Positions 27,911 through 36,732 of a stretch of DNA of 64,000 bases are shown piece by piece. The position numbers and the translations under genes were made by a program. The stretch is from Gemmatimonadaceae bacterium. Lineage in GTDB: Bacteria; Gemmatimonadota; Gemmatimonadetes; Gemmatimonadales; Gemmatimonadaceae. Every line of letters starts with the position of its first letter. Within the stretch, counting starts at the first letter, position 1. The stretch spans positions 512,001-576,000 of the forward strand of contig JBJMOW010000005.1 of assembly GCA_045803545.1 (NCBI GenBank). Direction: 5' to 3'. The notes below the pieces were generated by a model that saw only the letters and a list, made by a program, of their open reading frames with translations, was not told the origin of the DNA and did not search any database.

Positions 27911-28035
27911 TGCTTACCTATAGTCGGTCCTAACGAGCGACTACGGCTTTCTGTCTGCTGATTCTATATAAATGAGACGCTCAGTTCCTGCACTGGTAAC
28001 GTCATGGCGCTCGTAAACGCAAGTGTGTCCAGCGC

Positions 28036-29319
28036 TTAAGACTCAGAACCCGCTGTGCGGCCGCGAATTCGCACCCCATTAAAATCAGACCAATCATTCG
28101 TCGGCGTACCAAGCTGAAGAGAGGTAGCAACCGAATCGTCCAGCACTGCCCGGCTGTTGCTTTGGTGCGCACCAATTAGTTCAAGCGCCCCGAGTGCGCG
28201 CGCGCCATCGTGCGCGATGATCGCTAACGATCCCGGGATTGCACCCTGGCAGGCAAATCGCGCTGCGCGGGCAGGAATGCCCTCAGCGAGATGATGCTTC
28301 CATATCGGATGCTCACCGTCGAGCAGAGTGACTACATTCTTCCCCGCAAGAATGAGGTATGAGTACGCCAGTGCACCGAGACTTGTCGGAGCCCGCGTTG
28401 ACAGGAATTTCCTCAACTTTCCGGCTCTCCGGTAAAACGTCTGGACAAGGTTCTTTTCCCAGAGAAAACGATACGTGCTCTGGTCGTCCGGCTTAACGAC
28501 AAAGTCGTAATCGTTGTAGCTCGATACCAGGTCGAGAATTGTAACCTCGCGGTATCCAGCATCTTTGAATAGCTGGCGATACCCCGCAATGTCGTACAGG
28601 TATGTGCGATATGGTTTTCTTCGCAGAGCACGTGAAACCACGTTCGCCAGGGGTCGAGGAAGTGCTGGCACGAGTCGAATACCGGTGTGTGTATCGTCCA
28701 TACCGACCAGCGTCTCGAGCGCATAGCGATTCTCGATCGCGACAGCGATGGTTCCACCATCTGAAAGTGTGCGACCCACCTCCTTCAGCATGGAGACTTG
28801 TAGCTCCCGCGGCAGCCCTTCGGCATAGAGTGCCGCCCACTCGAGGACGCCGTTCATTGTCACCAGGTCGAACGCCGCACCTTTGAACGGAAGTGCAAAA
28901 CCGCCGGCCTCAACAAATCGGATGTCGTTGCGTTTGTCCTGCCGCGCGCGAAGACTGCCATACGAGACGCGAGTCCAGAGTGCGTCAACGCCGACGACGA
29001 AGCCGAAGTACTGGGAGAGGCCGAGTGCAAGCGCGCCGAATCCGCAACCCAGATCGAGCGCTTTGCTTTCGGCTGGAAGAGCGCGCAGCAGATGCCAGTT
29101 CCCAACGCGAAAGTTTCGCAACCGGTGCGCGAATTGTTTCCGTTTAATTGCGACTTCATCGAGGACCGGCTCCCAGCCCAGCTGCTTGCTGCGCTCGATG
29201 AATTCATTCAGCTGGGCAACCGGAAGGTCCCCGCCCCACCATTCGCCCTGCGCCTTCGCATCCGTGCGCGCGACGGTCGCGTTGTCGTCACTCACGGGTG
29301 GTGATGTGCGACAGCTCAA
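28036..29319 (-). CDS. Class I SAM-dependent methyltransferase
   Basis: LDLGCGFG, LPF...FDLVTMNGVLEW and AIENR motifs. Start (TTG 29319) is uncertain. Confidence 0.8.
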   Translation of the reverse strand: MSCRTSPPVSDDNATVARTDAKAQGEWWGGDLPVAQLNEFIERSKQLGWEPVLDEVAIKRKQFAHRLRNFRVGNWHLLRALPAESKALDLGCGFGALALGLSQYFGFVVGVDALWTRVSYGSLRARQDKRNDIRFVEAGGFALPFKGAAFDLVTMNGVLEWAALYAEGLPRELQVSMLKEVGRTLSDGGTIAVAIENRYALETLVGMDDTHTGIRLVPALPRPLANVVSRALRRKPYRTYLYDIAGYRQLFKDAGYREVTILDLVSSYNDYDFVVKPDDQSTYRFLWEKNLVQTFYRRAGKLRKFLSTRAPTSLGALAYSYLILAGKNVVTLLDGEHPIWKHHLAEGIPARAARFACQGAIPGSLAIIAHDGARALGALELIGAHQSNSRAVLDDSVATSLQLGTPTNDWSDFNGVRIRGRTAGSES

Positions 29320-29403
29320 TGCGCTCTGAGAGCGGAGTTAATTGGTTCGCAGTCATTTTTTTAAAGGAAACGGTGATCTAGGGCTTACAAAAACTGGCTT
29401 AGC

Positions 29404-30594
29404 TCACCCTTGAGCGCGAGCGGTGAAACGCCGAATGCGGCCACCGATGCGACCTGCGATTTCCGACATCGCTGGTACCGGATCAGACCACCGGAAGACG
29501 GGTTGATAGGCACCCGCCCATGAACGCGCCCACTCTGCCAACGTAATTCGACCTGCAGACAACTCAGCCCGGACTGCATCCAGATCGTAGTACGGAAATA
29601 CACAACGACGACCGACGCTGTAACCGGTGATTGTGGGAACCGGCTCGCCTAGAGCATCTCGCACCGCCATATCGCAAACATTCACCCCGCAACGCGCGGC
29701 GAATTCGACGTACCACCACGGCCGGGCGTTTACCTCGATCAGCTTCAGCACTCCATCGCGCGCATCGCGCTTGAACTCCGCGCTGAATATCCCACGATAA
29801 TGGAGGTCCGCGAACAATGTCCGCAGCGTTTGCGGGGCGCCATCGACCTCCGCAACCGGCACGCTCACCATAGCCGTGCTGTTACCGAAATCGGGCGGAT
29901 TCATGCGTAAACGACGGCGCGCGAACAGGGCTCTGGTATCACCGGCCCGATCAACGAATCCGTCGACGAAATAGTGATTCGTTGGTGGTCCCGGCACGTA
30001 CCGCTGCAGCAGCATCTCGAATCCCGCGGCAGTACAAGATGCGAACGTTGTTTCAGCGTTTTCTGCACCAGCGACCATAAAGGCCTTGACACCGAAATGG
30101 GCGAAAAACTGCTGGGAGTGCAACGGCTTGAGAAACGATTGGCTAAGGGTCTCAGCTGAGATTCCGCGCAGACCCTCACCGCGCGAAAGAAAATGTGTCT
30201 CGGGGTGCGGCAGTCCCAGTCGATCGAGCGTCGCGCCAAATCGTGCCTTGTCGACCAGCGTCTCAAGCGAATCCAGAGGTGCAACGCTCGATGGGTATTG
30301 CTCCTTGATATCGGCAGGTAGTGACGCGACCGCGCGTACCCATGAGTCGGAGCACGGCATTACTACCGTTCGCGCAGGCAGCGATTCAAGAAGCCGGGGC
30401 AGATTACCAGCGGTTGCGCCCGCAAATAGAGAAGGCGCCGATCGAAACCAGCGCGATCGCCGTGCCGGACCAATCGCGTCGGGCAAAGTCAGAGCGCGAA
30501 TACCGATGTCTGAGAGCGCCCGCAACACTCCCAACAAGGTGATGCCCGAACCAAGCGCCAGAACTTCTGGTCGCTTCAAAGCTCGCGATTTCAT
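29404..30594 (-). CDS. ATP-grasp carboxylate-amine ligase (D-aspartate ligase-like)
   Basis: LVDKARF, FLKP, LLQRYVPG and AEFKRDARDG.LKLIEVNARPW motifs. Confidence 0.82.
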   Translation of the reverse strand: MKSRALKRPEVLALGSGITLLGVLRALSDIGIRALTLPDAIGPARRSRWFRSAPSLFAGATAGNLPRLLESLPARTVVMPCSDSWVRAVASLPADIKEQYPSSVAPLDSLETLVDKARFGATLDRLGLPHPETHFLSRGEGLRGISAETLSQSFLKPLHSQQFFAHFGVKAFMVAGAENAETTFASCTAAGFEMLLQRYVPGPPTNHYFVDGFVDRAGDTRALFARRRLRMNPPDFGNSTAMVSVPVAEVDGAPQTLRTLFADLHYRGIFSAEFKRDARDGVLKLIEVNARPWWYVEFAARCGVNVCDMAVRDALGEPVPTITGYSVGRRCVFPYYDLDAVRAELSAGRITLAEWARSWAGAYQPVFRWSDPVPAMSEIAGRIGGRIRRFTARAQG

Positions 30595-30609
30595 TCGTCG
30601 GCTACCGCC

Positions 30610-31440
30610 TCACTCCTTGTCCAAGCGACGCGCCACGAGCTCGAATCCGAAGTGGTAGGGAGAAAGCAGCCAATTCGAGACCGTGATTCGGCGAAGTCGA
30701 TATGGGTCATCGCCCTTCCTTACTGTCCCACCGTAGGCGGACACACAGCAGCGCAACCCGAGCTCCTTCAGAATCGGCTGATTTTCTGCAGCCATGTTTT
30801 TCACACCACCGAACGGATAGGCGAACAGCCCTGAGTCTTCGCCCAGCTCGGCGAGGAGGCGCTTCATCCCGCCGCCGATTTCTCGTCGGGCGTCGTCGCC
30901 GACGGTCGAACCAAGGTTTACATGAGACACCGTGTGCGAGCCAATCTCATGACCGGCCGCGCGAAGTTGCCGGACTTGGTCCCACGTCATCCACTCGCTC
31001 TCGATGTTCTGATTGCGGTCCCACCACGGCACGTACGTGCTGCCAATAAACGAGGTGGTTACGAAGAAACAAGCCCGCAAGCCGTGCTCTTCAAGGATCG
31101 GCGCAGCGCGTGTCGCGTTGCCCTGATACCCATCATCGAATGTGATTACAAGAGTGCGGGTGAGATCGCCGCCAGACTCGAGGCGGTTGAGCAGCTCTGT
31201 TAACGACAGCACTTCGAAGTATCGGGCGAAGAAGCGAACGTAGGCTTCAAACACCGTGCTGCTACAAGTAATCGGGTCGTGCGGATACGCGTCGTTGACG
31301 CGGTGGAAAACAACGATGACCGCCTCGTTTTTCCACAGTCGTCGGTAGAAATGGCTGGCGAAAAGCGCCCAGCCCACCGCTCCTTTGACTTGACGAGATA
31401 CCCAGCTTAGAGGTTGTCGAATCTTTAAGCGCTTACGCAT
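30610..31440 (-). CDS. Polysaccharide deacetylase (CE4/NodB family)
   Basis: ITFDDGY, EIGSHTVSH and FAYPFG motifs. Confidence 0.9.
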   Translation of the reverse strand: MRKRLKIRQPLSWVSRQVKGAVGWALFASHFYRRLWKNEAVIVVFHRVNDAYPHDPITCSSTVFEAYVRFFARYFEVLSLTELLNRLESGGDLTRTLVITFDDGYQGNATRAAPILEEHGLRACFFVTTSFIGSTYVPWWDRNQNIESEWMTWDQVRQLRAAGHEIGSHTVSHVNLGSTVGDDARREIGGGMKRLLAELGEDSGLFAYPFGGVKNMAAENQPILKELGLRCCVSAYGGTVRKGDDPYRLRRITVSNWLLSPYHFGFELVARRLDKE

Positions 31441-31976
31441 TAAGCAATCGTACGTATCGGACGAGCAGCGACGGGCGTTGAGATATTTTTTCCCTTAAAA
31501 AAAAATTGCGACCGAGTGCGATAGTCGCGGTAACAGCGTTTTAGCTGCCCAAAAATATGCCCTATGTAGCCCTCCAACAGGGACAGTCTGGTGGCCGGGC
31601 TCGCAACCTGTCAGAATCCTGACATCTCGGCGGGCCTTCCCGGCGATCCTCAACTCACGACTCACGTTCTTTTTCGGGAACGTGTTTGGGAGAGCGTGGG
31701 AACCGTCCACACACCGGGGCAACTACTGACCTCTGTGGGTCAACTACCACAGACTTGGGGCAACACCGCGACAAACACCCGAATGCGAAACCGCAGACCC
31801 TTTGTTGAAAAGGCGCAAACCGCTATCCCCGTTCACCTTAGCAAACGCTGCCGGCCATGCGCAGGGGGAATGGAAGATGCTTCCCCGCGTGGTCAACTGC
31901 GCGGAGGCGGCACAAAGACGCCGACATGCACCCGCCGCATAACGGGCTAACCCGCCCGGAGGCCCACGAGACCGTG

Positions 31977-33092
31977 ATGTCGACAGCGTACGAACTTCTC
32001 CGCGAAGAGTTGCGGTCGCACCCTCGAGTATGGGTGGTTACGGGTGTCGCGGGGTTCATTGGATCTAACCTGCTGCAGGAGCTTTTGGCCCTGGGGCAAA
32101 CTGTCGTCGGATTGGACAACTTTTCAACGGGTCATCGGGCGAACCTCGACGATGCACTCGTTGGACCGCTCGAGGGTTCGGCCAATTTCAGGATGTTAGA
32201 AGGCGACATTCGCGACGTTCAGACTTGTCGGGACGCGTGCGAGTCGGCGGATTATGTGCTTCACCACGCGGCGCTTGGATCGGTACCGTGGTCCATGGAC
32301 GATCCGCTACGCACGAATGCAGTCAACGTCGATGGCTTTGTAAATATGCTGGTCGCGGCAAAGGACGCCGGGGTGAGACGGTTCGTTTATGCATCTTCGA
32401 GTGCCGTCTATGGAGACACCCCGGCGTATCCTCAAATTGAACAGACATTGGGCCGGCCGTTGTCACCCTACGCCGCGAGCAAGAGCGCGAATGAAACGTA
32501 TGCGCTCGCGTTTGAAATGAGCTACGGGCTGCAGACGATCGGTTTGCGCTACTTCAACGTTTTCGGACGCCGGCAGGATCCCACTGGCGCTTATGCTGCG
32601 GTTATCCCGCGTTGGATCGCCGCCCTGCTGCGTGGCGAGCGGTGCCGTATTTTCGGTGACGGAGAAACCACCCGGGATTTCTGCTACATCGCGAATGTGG
32701 TTCAAGCCAATCTCCTCGCAGCGACTGCAGAGAAGGACGAGGCGACGTGCGACACCTATAACATCGCATGTGCCGAATCCGTGACGCTCAATCAGTTGTT
32801 CGCAATGATGCGCGACGGACTGGCAGATCGAGACGCGCGGTTCACCGATGCTCGACCACTATACGACGGTTTTCGTCCGGGTGACATCCGATTTTCTTGT
32901 GCATCAATTGACAAAGCGCGCAGCAAGCTCCGCTACTCGCCCACGCATGACGTCTCGTCGGGACTCGCCGACGCGCTTGACTGGTATGTCGAGAAGGCGG
33001 AGGCTTGGAATGCGGACGCAGTCTCGAGACGGAACGGGCACCTTCCGATCTCGACCGTAGGACAAATGCCGGCCCCCCAGGTTGCAGTATGA
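31977..33092 (+). CDS. UDP-N-acetylglucosamine 4-epimerase (WbpP/TviC-like SDR)
   Basis: GVAGFIGSNL, HHAALGSVP, YASSSAVYG, PLSPYAASK and LRYFNVFG.RQDP.GAYAAVIP motifs. GGAGG upstream of GTG 31974/ATG 31977. Confidence 0.88.
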   Translation: MSTAYELLREELRSHPRVWVVTGVAGFIGSNLLQELLALGQTVVGLDNFSTGHRANLDDALVGPLEGSANFRMLEGDIRDVQTCRDACESADYVLHHAALGSVPWSMDDPLRTNAVNVDGFVNMLVAAKDAGVRRFVYASSSAVYGDTPAYPQIEQTLGRPLSPYAASKSANETYALAFEMSYGLQTIGLRYFNVFGRRQDPTGAYAAVIPRWIAALLRGERCRIFGDGETTRDFCYIANVVQANLLAATAEKDEATCDTYNIACAESVTLNQLFAMMRDGLADRDARFTDARPLYDGFRPGDIRFSCASIDKARSKLRYSPTHDVSSGLADALDWYVEKAEAWNADAVSRRNGHLPISTVGQMPAPQVAV

Positions 33093-34024
33093 GTGACGGG
33101 CATCCGAAGCAGAATGCGCTGGTTGGATTCAGCGATGAATGGATGCGCCGTTCAATGGAGACGGTCTTTCAGGAAAAGGGGTATCAGGTAACGCGAACCG
33201 CCTCCGGTAAGGAGGCACTCCAGCTCGCTCGTAGTGGGCGATTCGATGTGATCATCCTCGACGAACGAATCGAGCAATTGGTCGCTATAGATGTCTGCAT
33301 CGCGTTGCGCGACGATCCGTTGTTCGATCACGCCACGCCCATCGTCATCGTTTCGTCCGCGCACTCCACGTTACCAAGTCGCAGCGCTGCCTATGCCGCT
33401 GGCGCCTGGGAATACTGCCATCAGCCCGTCGATGTCGACGCACTGTTTCTGAAACTGGCCACCTTCCTGCGCGCACGGCGCGAGCTCGCCGAACACCAGG
33501 CGAAGTCGCTCATGGACCCTGCCAGCGGGTTATACACCGATTTTGGACTGCACCAACTCGCGGAGCAACTTGAAGCGCGCGCTGTGCGTAACCACGAGCC
33601 GTTCGCATGCCTGGCGTTTGCATCCGTCTCCGGCGAAGGCGATGCGCCGGCGAACCGCGACACCGCGCGAACAAGCTTCCGGGACCTTGCGCATGCCGTC
33701 CGGGAACAGGCGCGCCGGTCAGATGTCATTGCGAAACGAGGCGAGTCGCGCCTTGCGGTTCTCGCACCGGGCACGGACGCCGCAGGTGCGCGCCATCTGG
33801 TCGCACGCTTACAGCGTGAGCTCGGGGACTCCGCGAAAGGCAGTAAGGGATCCGCGGTCCGCCTGCGCGCGGGATATTGCGCCGTTTCCGACCTCGCGGC
33901 CGCAAAGCTCGAGGTCACCGAACTAGTCCACCGCGCTGAGAGCGCCCTGGCCCAGGTGGGGGGCACTAACCAAGACAGCGTGCTCAGTTTTGACGACCTA
34001 TCCCCGGGAGAATCTCGACCTTAA
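33089..34024 (+). CDS. Atypical receiver domain plus degenerate GGDEF domain (RxxD retained)
   Basis: ATG overlaps the epimerase stop (ATGA). REC motifs DVIILD and AGAWEY..QP, then DPASGLY, and RRSD followed by GESRL in place of GGDEF. Confidence 0.82.
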   Translation: MSDGHPKQNALVGFSDEWMRRSMETVFQEKGYQVTRTASGKEALQLARSGRFDVIILDERIEQLVAIDVCIALRDDPLFDHATPIVIVSSAHSTLPSRSAAYAAGAWEYCHQPVDVDALFLKLATFLRARRELAEHQAKSLMDPASGLYTDFGLHQLAEQLEARAVRNHEPFACLAFASVSGEGDAPANRDTARTSFRDLAHAVREQARRSDVIAKRGESRLAVLAPGTDAAGARHLVARLQRELGDSAKGSKGSAVRLRAGYCAVSDLAAAKLEVTELVHRAESALAQVGGTNQDSVLSFDDLSPGESRP

Positions 34025-34113
34025 CCGTTTCAGCCGTCGATCGGCCAATTATTTCGCGTTTCACGGTGTGAAACACGCCGTGGGCTCCTAGACTCACGCA
34101 GCACACTGCGCCC

Positions 34114-34142
34114 TTGACCTGTCGGGGGCTTTTCCCTAAGAT
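34114..34142 (+). promoter_or_regulatory. sigma70-type promoter of the histidine kinase gene
   Basis: TTGACC-17 nt-TAAGAT. The palindrome GTTTCAC-ggt-GTGAAAC lies just upstream at 34058-34074. Confidence 0.6.
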
Positions 34143-34179
34143 GGGCGTCCGCGAGCGGTCATCGTGTGACGGAGATCCA

Positions 34180-35349
34180 ATGGCGCAGATGGACCCCGCT
34201 GCAACAAAAACTGTCTCCGCAATGACTGATTATTCGGATTACGGACTTGGGTCCGGTCCGATCGAATCCGCCTCGCCAACACGTTCGGAAAGTGCCTCCC
34301 CTGCACCGGTGGGCGCCGCTTTCTCTCCTTCGGCGGCGAAACTCATCGGCGCGCTCAGGATCGCCGCCGATCGAACGGCAACGGCGATTGCACACGGTAC
34401 CAAGCAGACCCGACTCGAAGTACGTGAGCGGCTAACCGAAGTAATCTGCTGGCTTATCGGCAGCCTCCAAACACGCGAAGGCGCGAATAAAGTTCCGCCC
34501 GTTATCGCGCGCGAATATGTCTCGACGCTAAAGATCAATTTTCTTACCGAGTTGGCGACGACATCCGACCTCAACGCGAATGAGGTTGTGTCCACACTCA
34601 TCAAGCTCGACGAAGCGGAGGAAGCCTGGAAGCGCACTGACCGCGGCAAGTTCATCTCGCGTCTTACCGGCGCAGACTGCGCCGATGCGGTGGTGGCGAT
34701 TGCACATGACATTCGCTCACCTCTCGGCTCCATTCTGCTGCTCGTCGACTCGCTCCGACGCAGCGAACGAGTAGCGCCAAACCCTGTGCGCGAACGCCAG
34801 CTCGGCCTGATCTACGGGGCCGCTTTCGGTTTGAGCACGACGGTCTCGAATCTGATCGCGGCGGCGCGCGGAGACGGGCTGGTCCAGGGTAACCCGGCAC
34901 CTTTTTCCGTTAGCGAGATGATGCACTCTGTGAGTGACATTGTGCAGCCGATGTGCGAAGAAAAAGGCATTCCTCTCGGAATGGAATTCGTCGATCACGA
35001 CGCCCGCGTTGGATACGGGTCGGCGATTCAACAGGCACTGCTCAATCTGACCTCCAACGCGCTTCGTTATACCGACGCTGGAAGCGTAGCGATGGGTTGT
35101 TCCGAGGTCGCAGGAGATAGGGTTGAATTCTGGGTCGAAGACACTGGCCCGGGAATTCCCGACGACGTCCTCGAGCGCCTTTGCTACGGGTTCCCGCCCG
35201 AAGGCGTGAAGCTTCGGTTCTCGAGCGCAGGGCTCGGCTTGGCAATTGTTCGCACTTTGGTTGAGGCGATGGGTAGTTCGTTGCAGGTCGACAGCGGCGT
35301 GGAAGGCACCCGCTTCTCCTTTGTTCTGTCACTGCCCATCCTGCAGTAA
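34180..35349 (+). CDS. Soluble sensor histidine kinase (HisKA + HATPase_c) with an unrecognised N-terminal domain
   Basis: H-box AHDIRSPL, N-box NLTSNALRYT, G1 EDTGPGIP and G2 AGLGLAIV. No obvious TM helix. SD GGAG before ATG 34180. Confidence 0.85.
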   Translation: MAQMDPAATKTVSAMTDYSDYGLGSGPIESASPTRSESASPAPVGAAFSPSAAKLIGALRIAADRTATAIAHGTKQTRLEVRERLTEVICWLIGSLQTREGANKVPPVIAREYVSTLKINFLTELATTSDLNANEVVSTLIKLDEAEEAWKRTDRGKFISRLTGADCADAVVAIAHDIRSPLGSILLLVDSLRRSERVAPNPVRERQLGLIYGAAFGLSTTVSNLIAAARGDGLVQGNPAPFSVSEMMHSVSDIVQPMCEEKGIPLGMEFVDHDARVGYGSAIQQALLNLTSNALRYTDAGSVAMGCSEVAGDRVEFWVEDTGPGIPDDVLERLCYGFPPEGVKLRFSSAGLGLAIVRTLVEAMGSSLQVDSGVEGTRFSFVLSLPILQ

Positions 35350-35381
35350 CGCCTTTGTAGATCCATAACTTAGCTGTACCC

Positions 35382-35410
35382 ACCGGCGTGTTTCTGCGCC
35401 GGTTTTCTTG
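35382..35410 (+). terminator. Probable intrinsic terminator after the kinase gene
   Basis: ACCGGCG-tgtttctg-CGCCGGT followed by TTTCTT. Confidence 0.5.
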
Positions 35411-35484
35411 TATCCGGGCCCGTCTTACAGTCGTCATCCTATAGACCCCAGCGAGCCTGCCCAGCCTTGTGTTGGACGGGCTCG

Positions 35485-35583
35485 CTCCTCCGAAAACCGG
35501 CAAAACCACCGAAAGGTGGTGACCGCAAAGCCGCGACGCTAAAGCGCCCAAGGCGCCACGCGAGTCGGGCTACCGAAGAGGAG
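35485..35583 (+). ncRNA. c-di-GMP-I (GEMM-I) riboswitch, G20/A47/C92 type, with P1 extension covering the RBS
   Basis: CUCCUC-CG-AAAACC-G-GCAAA-ACCACC-GAAA-GGUGGU-GACC-GC-AAAGCCGCGAC-GCUAAA-GCGCC-CAA-GGCGC-CACGC-GA-GUCGGGCU-ACCG-AA-GAGGAG. The ATG follows 5 nt later. Confidence 0.85.
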
Positions 35584-35588
35584 GTTCA

Positions 35589-36530
35589 ATGCAGTTGCTC
35601 GGTGAACGTCCGCCGCTGGCATTGGTCGCCTGTAGCGATGACTGGATGAGCAGAGCGCTGGAGAATGTATTCCAGCTGCGCGGGTACGTGGTTGCGCATA
35701 CACGCTCCAGCATGCAAGCCCTCGAGCTCGCGCGACTGGCCAATCATGACCTGCTCGTACTCGACGAATCGCTATCCGACATTCCCGCGCTCGAATTGTG
35801 TCGCGCAATTAAGGACAGCGCGCAATACGATCATTCGATCCCGGTAGTGATCACCGCTTCTACGCCCGCTGATCCCAGATCACGCATGATGGCTTACAGC
35901 GCTGGAGCCTGGGAATACTGCAGTCATCCCGTTGATCTCGATCCCGTTTTCACGAAGGTCGCAACCTTCCTCCGCGCACGCGGCGAATTGGTTCTTTCGC
36001 GAAGCCAGGATTTCGTCGACTCCAGCACCGGGCTTTACACGAAGTTTGGATTGCGTCAACTCGCCGGAAAGCTCAGCGCACGCGCGCAGCGAAACCACGA
36101 AGCGTTCGCCTGCGTCGCATTCGCACCGCAAGTGCAGGATCGCGAGGTGGGCTCGAGTATGTTGTGGAAGGAAAGCTCCGCTGGCTTCGCCGATGTCGCA
36201 CACGTCTTCCGCGAGCAAAGTCGCCAGTCCGATATCGTTGGGCTGGTCGGAGACTCCCGACTCGCCATTCTGGCTCCCGATACAGACGCCGCCGGCGCGC
36301 GATTGCTCGTCGCCAGACTGCAGCGCGAGCTAGATCACGCTGCTCGCGCCAAGACTATCTCGGGTCAGGTTCGTCTGCGAGTAGGCTACTCGGCGGTTCA
36401 AGACCTTGCCGAATCCAAAGTCAATGTCGCCGAGCTGGTGCACCGCGCCGAGAGTGCGCTCGATCACGCGCCGCTCCAGGGCGAGAACTCGGCGGTCGTC
36501 AGCTTCGATGATTTGCCGATCTTTGAGTGA
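35589..36530 (+). CDS. Atypical receiver domain plus degenerate GGDEF domain (paralogue of 33089-34024)
   Basis: DLLVLD, AGAWEYCSHP, DSSTGLY, and RQSD followed by GDSRL. Clearly similar to the upstream paralogue. Confidence 0.85.
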   Translation: MQLLGERPPLALVACSDDWMSRALENVFQLRGYVVAHTRSSMQALELARLANHDLLVLDESLSDIPALELCRAIKDSAQYDHSIPVVITASTPADPRSRMMAYSAGAWEYCSHPVDLDPVFTKVATFLRARGELVLSRSQDFVDSSTGLYTKFGLRQLAGKLSARAQRNHEAFACVAFAPQVQDREVGSSMLWKESSAGFADVAHVFREQSRQSDIVGLVGDSRLAILAPDTDAAGARLLVARLQRELDHAARAKTISGQVRLRVGYSAVQDLAESKVNVAELVHRAESALDHAPLQGENSAVVSFDDLPIFE

Positions 36531-36545
36531 GGCATCGGCGTCGGC

Positions 36546-36581
36546 AAAAAAAGGCAACGGTTATAACCGTTGCCTTTTTTT
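36546..36581. terminator. Bidirectional intrinsic terminator
   Basis: Perfect 36-bp palindrome AAAAAAAGGCAACGGTTA|TAACCGTTGCCTTTTTTT between the convergent REC-GGDEF gene and the tRNA. Confidence 0.85.
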
Positions 36582-36609
36582 GTGTCCAGCGGCCACTGCA
36601 CTATGTGAG

Positions 36610-36682
36610 TGGAGCGTACAGGGATCGAACCTGCGACCTCCTGGTTGCAAACCAGGCGCTCTCCCAGCTGAGCTAACGCCCC
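36610..36682 (-). tRNA. tRNA-Ala (anticodon TGC), CCA not encoded
   Basis: GGGGCGTTAGCTCAGCTGGGAGAGCGCCTGGTT-TGC-AACCAGGAGGTCGCAGGTTCGATCCCTGTACGCTCCA folds as a cloverleaf with the G3:U70 alanine identity pair. Confidence 0.95.
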
Positions 36683-36732
36683 GCAGCAGGAAATATAAAA
36701 GGGCCAGCAGGTTCGGACTAAGAAAACCCGAA

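Noticed and set aside
31780..31960. Possible third riboswitch (GEMM-I or c-di-GMP-II) upstream of the epimerase
   Set aside because: Only fragments (GAAA, GGCGCAAA) are present and I could not build the required helices. An Infernal scan would settle it.
34058..34074. GTTTCAC-ggt-GTGAAAC as a parS site
   Set aside because: parS has no 3-nt central insertion. Kept only as a possible operator near the kinase promoter.
33089..36530. Calling the two REC proteins active diguanylate cyclases
   Set aside because: The GG(D/E)EF signature is replaced by GESRL and GDSRL, and the metal-binding acidic residues appear absent.
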